Below, piece by piece: positions 25,961-37,761 of a stretch of 52,253 bases of DNA. The translations under genes and the position numbers were made by a program. This DNA comes from Bacteriovoracaceae bacterium (GTDB lineage: Bacteria > Bdellovibrionota > Bacteriovoracia > Bacteriovoracales > Bacteriovoracaceae). A model generated the notes under the pieces. That model saw nothing but the letters and a program-made list of their open reading frames with translations. It was not told the DNA's origin and did not search any database. Location: the NCBI GenBank assembly GCA_021732585.1, contig JAKFUR010000038.1, forward strand, positions 1-52,253, written 5' to 3'. Numbering within the stretch: the stretch's first letter is position 1; each line of letters starts with the position of its first letter.

Positions 25961-26921
25961 ATTCCCAAAAACCACCGGCATCTTTGCCTCGGCGAATATT
26001 TTGACCGTTAACTACGGCGAGCATCCACCAGTGATAAACGAGATCACGCCAGGCGCGCCAGAGTTTTTCCTGGGGATCATAGATGTGGCCAGGCTCAGAG
26101 AAAGCTCCGTTGAGTTCCATGATCTTCCAGCCTTCACCACGAGCAAAGGCCTCCAAGCTCGGGGCTTTCAAATCAAAGCGCCCAAAATAAAATCCGGGGA
26201 TCTCAGCGACAATGTTTTCAACAGTTCTCTGAACCGCGGCATTGCGCAGATGTTGTCCACCAATAAAAGTCGTGCCGCGTTTATGATTACCAATAGGCTC
26301 GAGCAATACCACTTCATCTTTAGCAGGAACACGAGTGCCGTCTAAGCCGAGAGATTGCAGACGCTGCCATTGAAAGCGAGCACGCGGCTGTGTCGCCACT
26401 AACTCAGCGATAGTGTGCCTGCCATCTCCTGTGACTTGTAGAAATCCTTTCGTCACAATTGAGGTGACGAGAACTTGATTGGTGTCGGGAAGTCGCACCA
26501 CCATCACACCCGCCTCGAAGGAGGAGGGGAGAAATTCTTGCACGATGAAAGGGCGCTTGAGTTTGAGGGCGTAGTTTTTGAGTTCACCTAAATCGCGAAC
26601 AATCGCCACATTGTCACCGCGTTCGCCCACATCAGGTTTGGCCACCACGGGCCAAGAGAATCGTAGTGGCTCACACTCTTCAACTTGAGAGATGAGTTTC
26701 CACTGGGGGAGATAGTCTTTTGGCAGCTGAGCGAGGATGCCACTTTTAGATTCTTCTAGGCATCCACCGAGAGGGATAAAAGGATTGGAGGCGGTAAAGA
26801 AAACCAGTGAACGGCCTTTGATCGCCATTATCGGCCAGGCAAACCAGACAGGCATGTATAAGGCCCAGAAGGGCCAGTACTCGAAGCGCCACAATCTGTG
26901 CCAGCGATCACTGAGCGTCAT
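25917..26921 (-). CDS. ATP-grasp family ligase with an N-terminal hydrophobic anchor
   Basis: N-terminus YWPFWALYMPVWFAWPIMAI. ATP-grasp blocks VVAKPDVGERGDNV, FIVQEFLP and the Mg-site-like KIMELNGAFSEPG. Its start overlaps the marR stop by 14 nt. Confidence 0.55.
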   Translation of the reverse strand: MTLSDRWHRLWRFEYWPFWALYMPVWFAWPIMAIKGRSLVFFTASNPFIPLGGCLEESKSGILAQLPKDYLPQWKLISQVEECEPLRFSWPVVAKPDVGERGDNVAIVRDLGELKNYALKLKRPFIVQEFLPSSFEAGVMVVRLPDTNQVLVTSIVTKGFLQVTGDGRHTIAELVATQPRARFQWQRLQSLGLDGTRVPAKDEVVLLEPIGNHKRGTTFIGGQHLRNAAVQRTVENIVAEIPGFYFGRFDLKAPSLEAFARGEGWKIMELNGAFSEPGHIYDPQEKLWRAWRDLVYHWWMLAVVNGQNIRRGKDAGGFWEFMRVWKAYRHRDLL

Positions 26922-27390
26922 AGAATTTATTGAGATGGGCGCGCATTTGCAGCCATTCTCCGCGTGAGTTCGGCGACATTTTAAGAGGCAGCGCTTTGAT
27001 ATTGGCGAAATGAAGATCCATTAACTCTTCGGCGTAACGAGTGCCCGTCGGCGAAAGGTAATACTTAGGTCTTCCTTTGGTTGAGATAAGCGGGCACGGA
27101 TAGATCAGACCATCGACTTCAAGTCGGCGAACAAAAGTGCTCATATTGCCACGTGACACTCTAAGACGATCTGCGAGTTGAGTGGCACTCAGAGGAGCAT
27201 CAAAAAAAAGTGCGAAGAGCAGACGAAAACGGGGATATGTACAGTTCTTCTCCGCAAGTTTTTTTTCTAGCTGACCGTAGACCAGCTCAACGGTCAGCAG
27301 CATCGAACGCCACAAAGCGATCTTGGACTCCTTAAGAGCTTTCTTGAGATGAATTCTTTTAGGAGTTAAAGGAAGATTAGATTCTGACAT
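26908..27390 (-). CDS. MarR-family transcriptional regulator
   Basis: Winged helix-turn-helix LSATQLADRLRVSRGNMSTFVRRLEVDGLI, about 160 aa. Confidence 0.8.
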   Translation of the reverse strand: MSESNLPLTPKRIHLKKALKESKIALWRSMLLTVELVYGQLEKKLAEKNCTYPRFRLLFALFFDAPLSATQLADRLRVSRGNMSTFVRRLEVDGLIYPCPLISTKGRPKYYLSPTGTRYAEELMDLHFANIKALPLKMSPNSRGEWLQMRAHLNKFYDAQ

Positions 27391-27436
27391 GGGTTAATTA
27401 TAAGTTTCCCTTGCCGTGCTCGCAAGTGTTTGCGTA

Positions 27437-27455
27437 ATGTTAATGTATAAACATT
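27437..27455. promoter_or_regulatory. Palindromic operator candidate, copy 2 (ATGTTAATGTATAAACATT)
   Basis: Lies in the marR/doxX divergent region, 47 nt upstream of marR and 11 nt upstream of doxX. Matches 24921-24939 at 18 of 19 positions. Confidence 0.6.
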
Positions 27456-27465
27456 CGAGGTTTTT

Positions 27466-27837
27466 ATGAAAAAGCTGCTGATTCTTTGCCAATGGGTGCC
27501 TGCGATTATTTTGCTGCAGACACTCTATTTCAAATTTACGGCTGCGCCGGAGTCCGTTTGGATTTTTTCTACTCTTGGCGCTGAGCCCTTTGGGCGCTGG
27601 GGGAGTGGACTCATTGAACTCATTGCAGCTGTTTTGATTCTCATGCCTACCACCAAAGTGTGGGGGGCTCTCCTGGTGATGGGCACTATGGCCGGTGCGA
27701 TTCTTTCGCACGTTTTCATTTTGGGAATTGAAGTACAAGGTGATGGTGGAACTTTATTTGCCCTTGCCTGTGTAGCTTTTGTAAGTGCAGCGATCGTTGG
27801 CCATTTTGATCGCGAACGCCTGCTTAAGTTGTTTTAA
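27466..27837 (+). CDS. DoxX-family small membrane protein
   Basis: 123 aa with four hydrophobic helices and a DoxX-like pattern (GSGLIELIAAVLIL...GAILSHVF). Confidence 0.55.
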   Translation: MKKLLILCQWVPAIILLQTLYFKFTAAPESVWIFSTLGAEPFGRWGSGLIELIAAVLILMPTTKVWGALLVMGTMAGAILSHVFILGIEVQGDGGTLFALACVAFVSAAIVGHFDRERLLKLF

Positions 27838-28849
27838 GGTTGAGACGATCACCCGCCAGGGTGAGCCCGTTCTCATTCAAAAGACATAAAGCCTTTTGGT
27901 AAAAACTGTCAGCAATGACGTACTGATTGCCGTAATCGTTTAACGAATAAACGACTTTCAACACAATCCACGACTCGTGAGTTTCAGACACCAAGGTCAA
28001 AGGCTTTGGTGTCTTGAGAATTTCGGGAGTTTCATCCACAGCGCGCAAGAGTACTTCACTGGCTTTCTCAAGAGAAGCATCAAAGGGAATGCGGAAGACA
28101 TGGCTCCGCAAGAAAGGTCTTTCCCGCGCTGAGAAATTCACAATCTGCGACATGGCGATGGTTTTGTTCGGCAGCACGATGGTTTCATCAGTAATCGCCT
28201 GCAACACCGTAGCGCGCCAGGAAAGTTCTTTCACCTGCCCACTGATCTTATCTGTACCGTTCCGAATCTCAATCCAATCATCCATCTCAAAGGGCTTATC
28301 TATCTGCAGAGAAATCGCGGCAAAAAGATTCCCTAGGGTATCTTGTAAAGCCAGACCGAGCACGATCGTGAGGACGGCCGACGTCGCAAGCACAGAGGAT
28401 ATCTGCACATCAAAAATGCCCGTCAGAATCCAGCTAAAGATAATCAATGAGAGGATCAGCTTGCAGATGTTAACCAGCAGAAGAGGTACGCCGGCCTTCA
28501 TGCTCTTAAAGAAGAAGTATTCGTTGGCGATGATCTCCATGCTTTTGACAAACATACTGGCGCCCCACAGGATACTCAGTAATCCAGAATAGGGGACAAC
28601 CATTTCTGCCATGGGCATGAACGACATGTACGAGCGAAGAATCAAATGGGTTCCGTAGATCAGAAAACCGATGAGTAGAGATGTCCAGAGCTCACGAAAA
28701 AGTCGATTGAAAATTTTATGGCGAATGGGCGAAAGCTTGTTGAGGGCCACCTTGTAAAAAACCCACGAACCTACGGCTAAAATCAGGATGAGAAGGGCGT
28801 ATTGAATACGGGCAGCGTAAATGATTTTTTCGGCAATGATTGGACTCAT
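27824..28849 (-). CDS. Mechanosensitive ion channel (MscS family)
   Basis: N-terminal transmembrane helices, pore-helix region LGLALQDTLGNLFAAISLQIDKPFEMDDWIEI, and a beta-domain. Confidence 0.85.
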   Translation of the reverse strand: MSPIIAEKIIYAARIQYALLILILAVGSWVFYKVALNKLSPIRHKIFNRLFRELWTSLLIGFLIYGTHLILRSYMSFMPMAEMVVPYSGLLSILWGASMFVKSMEIIANEYFFFKSMKAGVPLLLVNICKLILSLIIFSWILTGIFDVQISSVLATSAVLTIVLGLALQDTLGNLFAAISLQIDKPFEMDDWIEIRNGTDKISGQVKELSWRATVLQAITDETIVLPNKTIAMSQIVNFSARERPFLRSHVFRIPFDASLEKASEVLLRAVDETPEILKTPKPLTLVSETHESWIVLKVVYSLNDYGNQYVIADSFYQKALCLLNENGLTLAGDRLNLKTT

Positions 28850-28885
28850 GCCACTATTTTCAACAATGTGAAACGAGTCGTCGAG

Positions 28886-29125
28886 TTAAGGTGTAATCCA
28901 AATACACAAATAATCGTGGCATCCACAGGCGATGGCCTCGCCCCCTTTGGCGACGCAATCCACGGCGTATTGATCGCCCTCGGTGAACTCTGAGGTACAG
29001 ATATCTTCATCAGGCCGCATAGGGTGACAGGCGCGGGGAACGCCCTTGCTATCAAGGCCCGTGATGAGTTTTTCGGCGGCCGATGCCGTGCTGAGAAGCA
29101 AAAATGAACAAAGAATCCAACGCAT
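28886..29125 (-). CDS. Small secreted Cys-rich protein (hypothetical)
   Basis: ATG at 29125 gives the signal peptide MRWILCSFLLLSTASA. The roughly 60-aa mature part has 6 Cys. Confidence 0.4.
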   Translation of the reverse strand: MRWILCSFLLLSTASAAEKLITGLDSKGVPRACHPMRPDEDICTSEFTEGDQYAVDCVAKGGEAIACGCHDYLCIWITP

Positions 29126-29219
29126 GATGTTCTTATCGGTCAGAGTTGCTACGACAAAACTGAGTAAAACGCTTCTCTTGCTTCCATTCTTGCATGTGTA
29201 AAAGGCATAATAACGGTCT

Positions 29220-30641
29220 ATGAGAGACACGATTTTGCTGCACCTTAATGGTCAGCACCATGAATTAAATGGGGCAGAAGCCTTCATGACCCTGTCCGAT
29301 TTCCTACGCTATCAGCGGGGACTTACAGGAACGAAGGTGGTCTGCGCTGAAGGGGACTGCGGTGCTTGCACTGTACTCGTATCGCATGGAGATGAGCGCT
29401 ATCAATCCATCAATTCCTGTATCGCTTTCATGTGGCAGCTGGATCGCTCTCATGTGATCACGGTAGAGGGCCTCAAAAAAGACGGCGTCGTTCATCCGGT
29501 GCAAGAAAGCATGGTCTCCACTCATGGGGCGCAATGTGGTTATTGCACGCCAGGTTTTATTTGCGCGATGGCAGGAATGACGGAAGACGCGCGCATTGAA
29601 GGTTTCCCTCTCGAGGAAAAGCGCGTACGCAATTATCTCACGGGCAACCTGTGTCGCTGTACGGGCTACCAGGCCATCATCGAGGCCGGCTGCAAAACTG
29701 ATCTGAAAACTGTGCCTGATCTTAAGAAGCTTTATCCTGTGAAGACTGACAAGAATTCAGGCAGTGTGCATCTTACGCATCAAGGGCTAGAGATTTTTCT
29801 ACCTTCGAGCGTGAAAGAAGCCGTGGAGATTTTTAATCGTGAGAAAGTAAAGATTGTCTCCGGCGCCACAGACTTAGGTGTTTTATACAACAAGGGCAAG
29901 TGGGCGCCTGAGAAGATGATGAGTCTTGCGGCGATTAGTGAACTCAAAAAGATCACCGACGAGAAGGATACTTTGGTCGTCGGTGCGCGCGCGAGTCTCA
30001 CACAACTTGAAGCGGCCACCGTAAAAATCTTTCCTGAACTTTCTCGTATGCTTCATCTCTTTGCCTCACCCCAAATCAAAAACACTGGCACGCTCATTGG
30101 CAATATGATGAACGCGTCTCCAATTGCTGACACCATCCCGTTCTTGAAAGTCGCGGAAGCTGAAGTGGTACTGGTTGGGCCACAAGGCCAGCGCATCGTG
30201 AATGTGAATGAGTTCTTTCAGGCAGGTTATAAAAAAATGGATCTGCGCGCGGGCGAGCTTGTGACCCATGTGCGCATCCCTAAAACGCAGGATGCTTTCC
30301 GACTCTATAAAGTTTCCAAGCGCAAAGACATGGATATCTCCGCAGTCACCGCCGCCATTCGCTATCGTTTGGATAAAGACGTGTTTGCCAGCATCAGCAT
30401 CGCTTTTGGTGGAGTGGGTGCTAGTGTTTTACGGTTTCCTGATCTAGAAAAAATCGCGCGTGGGCAAAAAGTCACACCGGCGCTTATGCGGCAGTTAGGT
30501 GCGGAACTTGATAAGCAGATCACTCCGGTGAGCGATGTGCGTGGTAGCGATAAGTACCGCCGTCTCTTGTGCACGAACTTGTTGATGAAATTTGGTGATG
30601 AACTCACAAGAGCCTGGGCCCCTCGTGGGGTGAGTCTATGA
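29220..30641 (+). CDS. xdhA: Xanthine dehydrogenase small subunit (2Fe-2S + FAD-binding)
   Basis: Two [2Fe-2S] motifs (CAEGDCGACTV; GAQCGYCTPGF...CRCTGY) followed by an FAD-binding domain (GATDLGV). ATGA overlap with xdhB. Confidence 0.9.
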   Translation: MRDTILLHLNGQHHELNGAEAFMTLSDFLRYQRGLTGTKVVCAEGDCGACTVLVSHGDERYQSINSCIAFMWQLDRSHVITVEGLKKDGVVHPVQESMVSTHGAQCGYCTPGFICAMAGMTEDARIEGFPLEEKRVRNYLTGNLCRCTGYQAIIEAGCKTDLKTVPDLKKLYPVKTDKNSGSVHLTHQGLEIFLPSSVKEAVEIFNREKVKIVSGATDLGVLYNKGKWAPEKMMSLAAISELKKITDEKDTLVVGARASLTQLEAATVKIFPELSRMLHLFASPQIKNTGTLIGNMMNASPIADTIPFLKVAEAEVVLVGPQGQRIVNVNEFFQAGYKKMDLRAGELVTHVRIPKTQDAFRLYKVSKRKDMDISAVTAAIRYRLDKDVFASISIAFGGVGASVLRFPDLEKIARGQKVTPALMRQLGAELDKQITPVSDVRGSDKYRRLLCTNLLMKFGDELTRAWAPRGVSL

Positions 30642-32950
30642 TTGGTCAAAACGTTAAGCATGATTCAGGCTATGGCCATGTGACTGGCGAGAGTATCTTT
30701 ATTGATGATCGCCCGGAAGTCCGTGGCGAAGTACATGTGGGCATCGTGGGCAGTCCTATTGCTTGTGGTGAACTCGTCGAGATCAAAGCTGAGAAAGCGC
30801 TCGCTCATCCAGATTGTCTGGCTGTTTACACGGCCAAGGATCTCGTCGGAAAAAAATGGGGCACCATTGTTCATGATCAGCCCATTCTGGTTGAGAAAAA
30901 AATTGGTTATCGCGATGAAGCTGTCGCTCTCATTGTTTCCAGTAAACGTGAATCAGTAGAAGCCATTAAAAAATTGGTAGAGTGTGTGGTGGTACCCAAA
31001 GCCGGGCATTACACCATTCAAGAAGCCAAGGCCGCGGGTGATATCATCTATCGTGCGGCAAAGCCCTTTGCGCAGGGGGATGCTAACAAGGCCATGGCGT
31101 CAGCTCCTCATAAACTCAAAGGCACATTTATCGTAGGCGGCCAAGAGCATTTCTATATGGAATCTCAAGCTGTCATCGCGTACCCGTTAGAGCATGGCCA
31201 AGTGGAAGTTCACGCATCCAGCCAGCATCCCAGTGAAACCCAGCGTGTGGTCGCAGAAACTCTCGGCACTCCTCTTCATCACGTGGTGTGTGTGGTGAAG
31301 CGCATGGGCGGTGGCTTTGGTGGTAAAGAATCTCAAGGCGCACCTATTGCTGGTTATGCAGCTCTAGCGGCCACAAGACTTAATCGTGCAGCACGTTTGG
31401 TGATCACCAAAGATCAAGACATGATGCTCACGGGAAAACGTCACCCCTTTGAGAATGAGTGGGAAGTGGGCTTTGATGATAAAGGTCGTATTCTAAGTCT
31501 TAAGACAACGTTGCAGGCCGACGGCGGTGCTTACTCGGATCTCTCGAGCTCCATCCTTGAGCGTGCTATGTTTCATATCGATAGCGCTTACTTCTTAGAG
31601 AACTGTTGGATCGATGCTGTTTGCTACAGAACGAACAATCATTCTAACACCGCTTTTCGTGGCTTCGGTGGTCCGCAAGGCACTATGACTATCGAGAGCA
31701 TCGTGGAAGATATCGCTCGACACTTAAAAATTGATGCGGCTGATGTGCGAGCTGCCAATTTGTACCGCGGAAAAAATGTTCGGACACCTTACGGACAAGA
31801 TTTAGAAAATAATATGTTGCCGTCGATTTGGGATAAGCTTATCGCTACCAGTGATTACCGTCGCCGTCGTGCTGAGATCGAAAAGCATAATCAAAGTAAA
31901 ACGGGCACGATTCGTGGGATGTCACTGACGTCCACAAAGTTTGGTATCGCCTTCACGGCGCGCTTTTTGAACCAAGGCAATGCATTGGTGAATCTACACC
32001 TCGATGCCACCGTGCAAGTGAGTACCGGGGCCACCGAGATGGGCCAAGGCGTGAATACAAAAATCGCCCAGATTGTTGCCAGTGCTTTGGGCCTTGCCAT
32101 GAAAGATGTGCAAGTCATGCCCACATCCACAGAAAAAAACCACAACACGTCCGCCACCGCGGCCTCCAGTGGTGCCGATATCAATGGGGCCGCTGCTCTT
32201 GAAGCCGCCAATATGATCAGAGGGCGCTTGTGCGAACTCGCCAAAAAACATTTTGCGGGTGAAGAGGCCAATGCCATTAAAGAGCACGAAGTCCTTCACG
32301 GAAAAGTGGATGCGGATTTTGAGTTTGTGAATGGTAAAGTCACTCAGAAGTCTTCTGGTAAATCTATTGAGCTGAAAGCTTTGGTGGGAATTGCTTACTT
32401 CAACCGCATATCTCTGGGCGCCTATGCGCACTATAAAACCCCAGGGCTAGGGTTTGATAAAGAAAAAGTACAAGGCAAAGCATTTAACTACTTCACTCAA
32501 GGCATGGCGATCTCAGAAGTTGAAATCGATGAGTATACCGGTGATATGAAAGTGCTGCGGGCGGATATTTTGATGGATCTCGGTCGCCCCTTGAATCCCG
32601 GCATTGATCAAGGGCAAGTGGTGGGAGCTTACGTGCAAGGCATGGGGTGGGTGACCACGGAAGCTTTGTACTATGATAAAGACCGCAAGCTGGTGTCTCA
32701 TTCACCGACGACTTATAAAATTCCTAATATTCAGGACACACCTCGGGTGTTGAATATGAATTTCATCGAGAACCTGGAGAATCATGTGAACGTTCATGGT
32801 TCAAAAGCTGTGGGTGAGCCGCCGCTCTTGTTGGGCATCAGTGCTTGGACCGCGGTGAAGAATGCGCTCTCTTACCGAGGCAAAGGTGCAGGACTTACAT
32901 CACCAGCGACAGGCGAAGAAACACTTCGTGAATTAAGTGGGAAGTTTTAA
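30638..32950 (+). CDS. xdhB: Xanthine dehydrogenase molybdopterin-binding subunit
   Basis: Motifs GQEHFYMESQ, KRMGGGFGGKE, AFRGFGGPQG, GATEMGQG and SKAVGEPP. Confidence 0.9.
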   Translation: MIGQNVKHDSGYGHVTGESIFIDDRPEVRGEVHVGIVGSPIACGELVEIKAEKALAHPDCLAVYTAKDLVGKKWGTIVHDQPILVEKKIGYRDEAVALIVSSKRESVEAIKKLVECVVVPKAGHYTIQEAKAAGDIIYRAAKPFAQGDANKAMASAPHKLKGTFIVGGQEHFYMESQAVIAYPLEHGQVEVHASSQHPSETQRVVAETLGTPLHHVVCVVKRMGGGFGGKESQGAPIAGYAALAATRLNRAARLVITKDQDMMLTGKRHPFENEWEVGFDDKGRILSLKTTLQADGGAYSDLSSSILERAMFHIDSAYFLENCWIDAVCYRTNNHSNTAFRGFGGPQGTMTIESIVEDIARHLKIDAADVRAANLYRGKNVRTPYGQDLENNMLPSIWDKLIATSDYRRRRAEIEKHNQSKTGTIRGMSLTSTKFGIAFTARFLNQGNALVNLHLDATVQVSTGATEMGQGVNTKIAQIVASALGLAMKDVQVMPTSTEKNHNTSATAASSGADINGAAALEAANMIRGRLCELAKKHFAGEEANAIKEHEVLHGKVDADFEFVNGKVTQKSSGKSIELKALVGIAYFNRISLGAYAHYKTPGLGFDKEKVQGKAFNYFTQGMAISEVEIDEYTGDMKVLRADILMDLGRPLNPGIDQGQVVGAYVQGMGWVTTEALYYDKDRKLVSHSPTTYKIPNIQDTPRVLNMNFIENLENHVNVHGSKAVGEPPLLLGISAWTAVKNALSYRGKGAGLTSPATGEETLRELSGKF

Positions 32951-33711
32951 TGGAACAACGTTTGGATGAGTTTTGCGCTCAGTTCTTGAAGTATCAGTCT
33001 GAACAAACCTCCATGGTGATTGTGACCATGGTGGATTACAAAGGCAGCGCACCTCAAGATCCGGGCGCTCGCATGATCGTCGGCGAGAAGGGATTACTGT
33101 TCGGCACCGTCGGCGGCGGGAAGATTGAAAAAAAATGCCTAGATGTGGCTCTCGAGCAGTTTACCTCTAAGAAAAGAGTGACTCCTTTCAGTCAGACTTG
33201 GAATTTGCAAAGAGACATCGGTATGTCCTGCGGTGGTGAAGTCACCATGTTCTTTGAAGTACATCATCCGCGCGAAGCATGGAATGTGGCTGTCTTCGGC
33301 GCAGGCCATGTGAGCCAGGAACTCACGCGCTTGCTAGTGAAGCTCGACTGTCAGCTCACCGTGATTGACTCTCGTCAGGAGTGGCTGGATAAACTTCCTG
33401 CGACCAGTCCGCGCTTTAAGACTGTACGCACAGATGATCTCGCGGGTGTTTTAAAAACTCTGCCGCCCAAAACCTTCGTGGCGTTGATGACCATGGGGCA
33501 CTCACATGATCTGCCAATTCTTAAAGTCGCTTTGAATGAGCATGAGTTTCCCTTCGTCGGAGTGATTGGCTCTAAGGCGAAACGCAATCGCCTGGAAGCA
33601 GAGTTAGGAAAAACCAATTTTCATTGCCCACTCGGTGAAGATTTTGGCTCCAACGCTCCCGTGGAAATTGCTTTGAGTATGGTGGCGCAGCTGCTTAAAG
33701 AGCGTGATCGT

Positions 33712-33729
<18 letters not shown>
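32950..33729 (+). CDS. xdhC: XdhC-family xanthine dehydrogenase accessory/maturation protein
   Basis: XdhC_CoxI N-terminal block (TMVDYKGSAPQDPGARM...GTVGGG) and a Rossmann-like block (VAVFGAGHVS). Its start overlaps the xdhB stop. Confidence 0.8.
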
Positions 33730-36420
<2,691 letters not shown>

Positions 36421-36421
36421 A

Positions 36422-37039
36422 TTATTTTGTCTTTTTGCGTGGCGGGGCCAGCGCGCCTCGAAGAATCATCTTCACTTCTTTGATCAATCTTTCTGTGAGT
36501 TGCTCACGTTTGTGCTTGGGTAGGTCTAAAGCTTCTGCTCCGAGAGTAAAAGCCACGGCCACGATGGCTTCAGCGGCCAGCGCCGTATCCCGCAAAGGCT
36601 GATTCAATAGCTTGGCGCCACGCTCGAGATCTTCGGTGACTTCTTCTACGAAGCGATCGATCTCGGCAAAGAGTGCTTTTCTAAAAGCAGGCGAGGAGCC
36701 CATGCGTTCACCCTGCAACACACGGAAGAGATGGGCGTTCTCGGTGATGTAATCAATGAAAGCGTGAACCGATTTTTTTACGGCACTGCCTTCACCGGTG
36801 ATGGTGCGACGGGCCTCGCGCAGGAGCTGCCGCAGGCCGAGGCCGATTTCATCAACCAACACAAGGCCAAGCTCATCCATGTCGTGAAAGTGGCGATAGA
36901 AGCCCGCAGGAGTGATGCCTGCACCTTTGGCCACTTCACGGAGGCTGACCGAGGAAAAGCCTTGCTCAGCACTTAAGCGCAAAGCGGCCTCGACGAGCTT
37001 CCTGCGGGTGAGGTGTTTTTGTTCTAAACGTTCGGCCAT
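36422..37039 (-). CDS. fabR: TetR-family repressor, FabR-like
   Basis: Closely resembles E. coli FabR as I recall it: TRRKLVEAAL...SLREVAKGAGITPAGFYRHFHDMDELGLVLVDE.GL.LRQL. ACACGTGT-centred boxes lie in its promoter region. Confidence 0.7.
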   Translation of the reverse strand: MAERLEQKHLTRRKLVEAALRLSAEQGFSSVSLREVAKGAGITPAGFYRHFHDMDELGLVLVDEIGLGLRQLLREARRTITGEGSAVKKSVHAFIDYITENAHLFRVLQGERMGSSPAFRKALFAEIDRFVEEVTEDLERGAKLLNQPLRDTALAAEAIVAVAFTLGAEALDLPKHKREQLTERLIKEVKMILRGALAPPRKKTK

Positions 37040-37053
37040 GGCTCATAATACCA

Positions 37054-37121
37054 AGTAAACAGGTGTAGAGGAAGTCTTAGAGGCAAACTAGACCATCTAG
37101 ACTTTTGAGTAAACACGTGTA
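37054..37121. promoter_or_regulatory. Two FabR-like boxes: AGTAAACAGGTGTA (37054-37067) and AGTAAACACGTGTA (37108-37121)
   Basis: A 13/14 direct repeat lies in the fabR / hemolysin-III divergent region. The second copy contains the perfect palindrome ACACGTGT and overlaps a TATACT -10-like hexamer. Confidence 0.5.
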
Positions 37122-37131
37122 TACTGGATAA

Positions 37132-37761
37132 ATGACTTACTCAAAAGCCGAAGAAATCGCCAATAGCATCACCCACGGACTGGGAATTTTGTTCGCCGTC
37201 GGCGGACTTACAGCTTTGATGGTGCTGACAGCTTATTTCGGGACCACTTCTCATCTTATCAGTTATCTCGTCTACGGCATCTCCATGATCTTGCTCTACA
37301 CGGCTTCCACGCTTTATCACGCACTCCCTGGAGAGCGCGCTAAACGCTTTTTTAAGATATGCGATCACTCAGCAATCTATTTGTTGATAGCAGGTACCTA
37401 CACGCCTTTCTTGGTACTTAATCTCCAAGGTAAGATGGCGTGGATCGCGGTGGCGGTGATTTGGTCTATCGCTCTGGTGGGTGTGATTTTCAAATTGTTT
37501 TTCACGGGACGATTTAAAGGTCTTTCAACTTTGCTTTATATTGGCATGGGTTGGATGGTGGTGTTTCTCGCTGAGCCTTTAAGTGCAGCGATGAATCCTG
37601 AGGCGATGCATTGGCTGATTATTGGCGGAGTGACTTACACGGCGGGCACGATTTTCTACATGATGAAGAAAATGCCTTACGCTCATGCGGTTTGGCATAT
37701 GTTCGTACTCTTAGGCAGCATTTTTCATTTCACGGCCATCGTCTACGCGGCGAACTTTTAG
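37132..37761 (+). CDS. Hemolysin III / PAQR-family membrane protein
   Basis: Seven transmembrane segments with family motifs EEIANSITHG, STLYH, DHSAIYLLIAGTYTP and HAVWHMFVL. Confidence 0.85.
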   Translation: MTYSKAEEIANSITHGLGILFAVGGLTALMVLTAYFGTTSHLISYLVYGISMILLYTASTLYHALPGERAKRFFKICDHSAIYLLIAGTYTPFLVLNLQGKMAWIAVAVIWSIALVGVIFKLFFTGRFKGLSTLLYIGMGWMVVFLAEPLSAAMNPEAMHWLIIGGVTYTAGTIFYMMKKMPYAHAVWHMFVLLGSIFHFTAIVYAANF

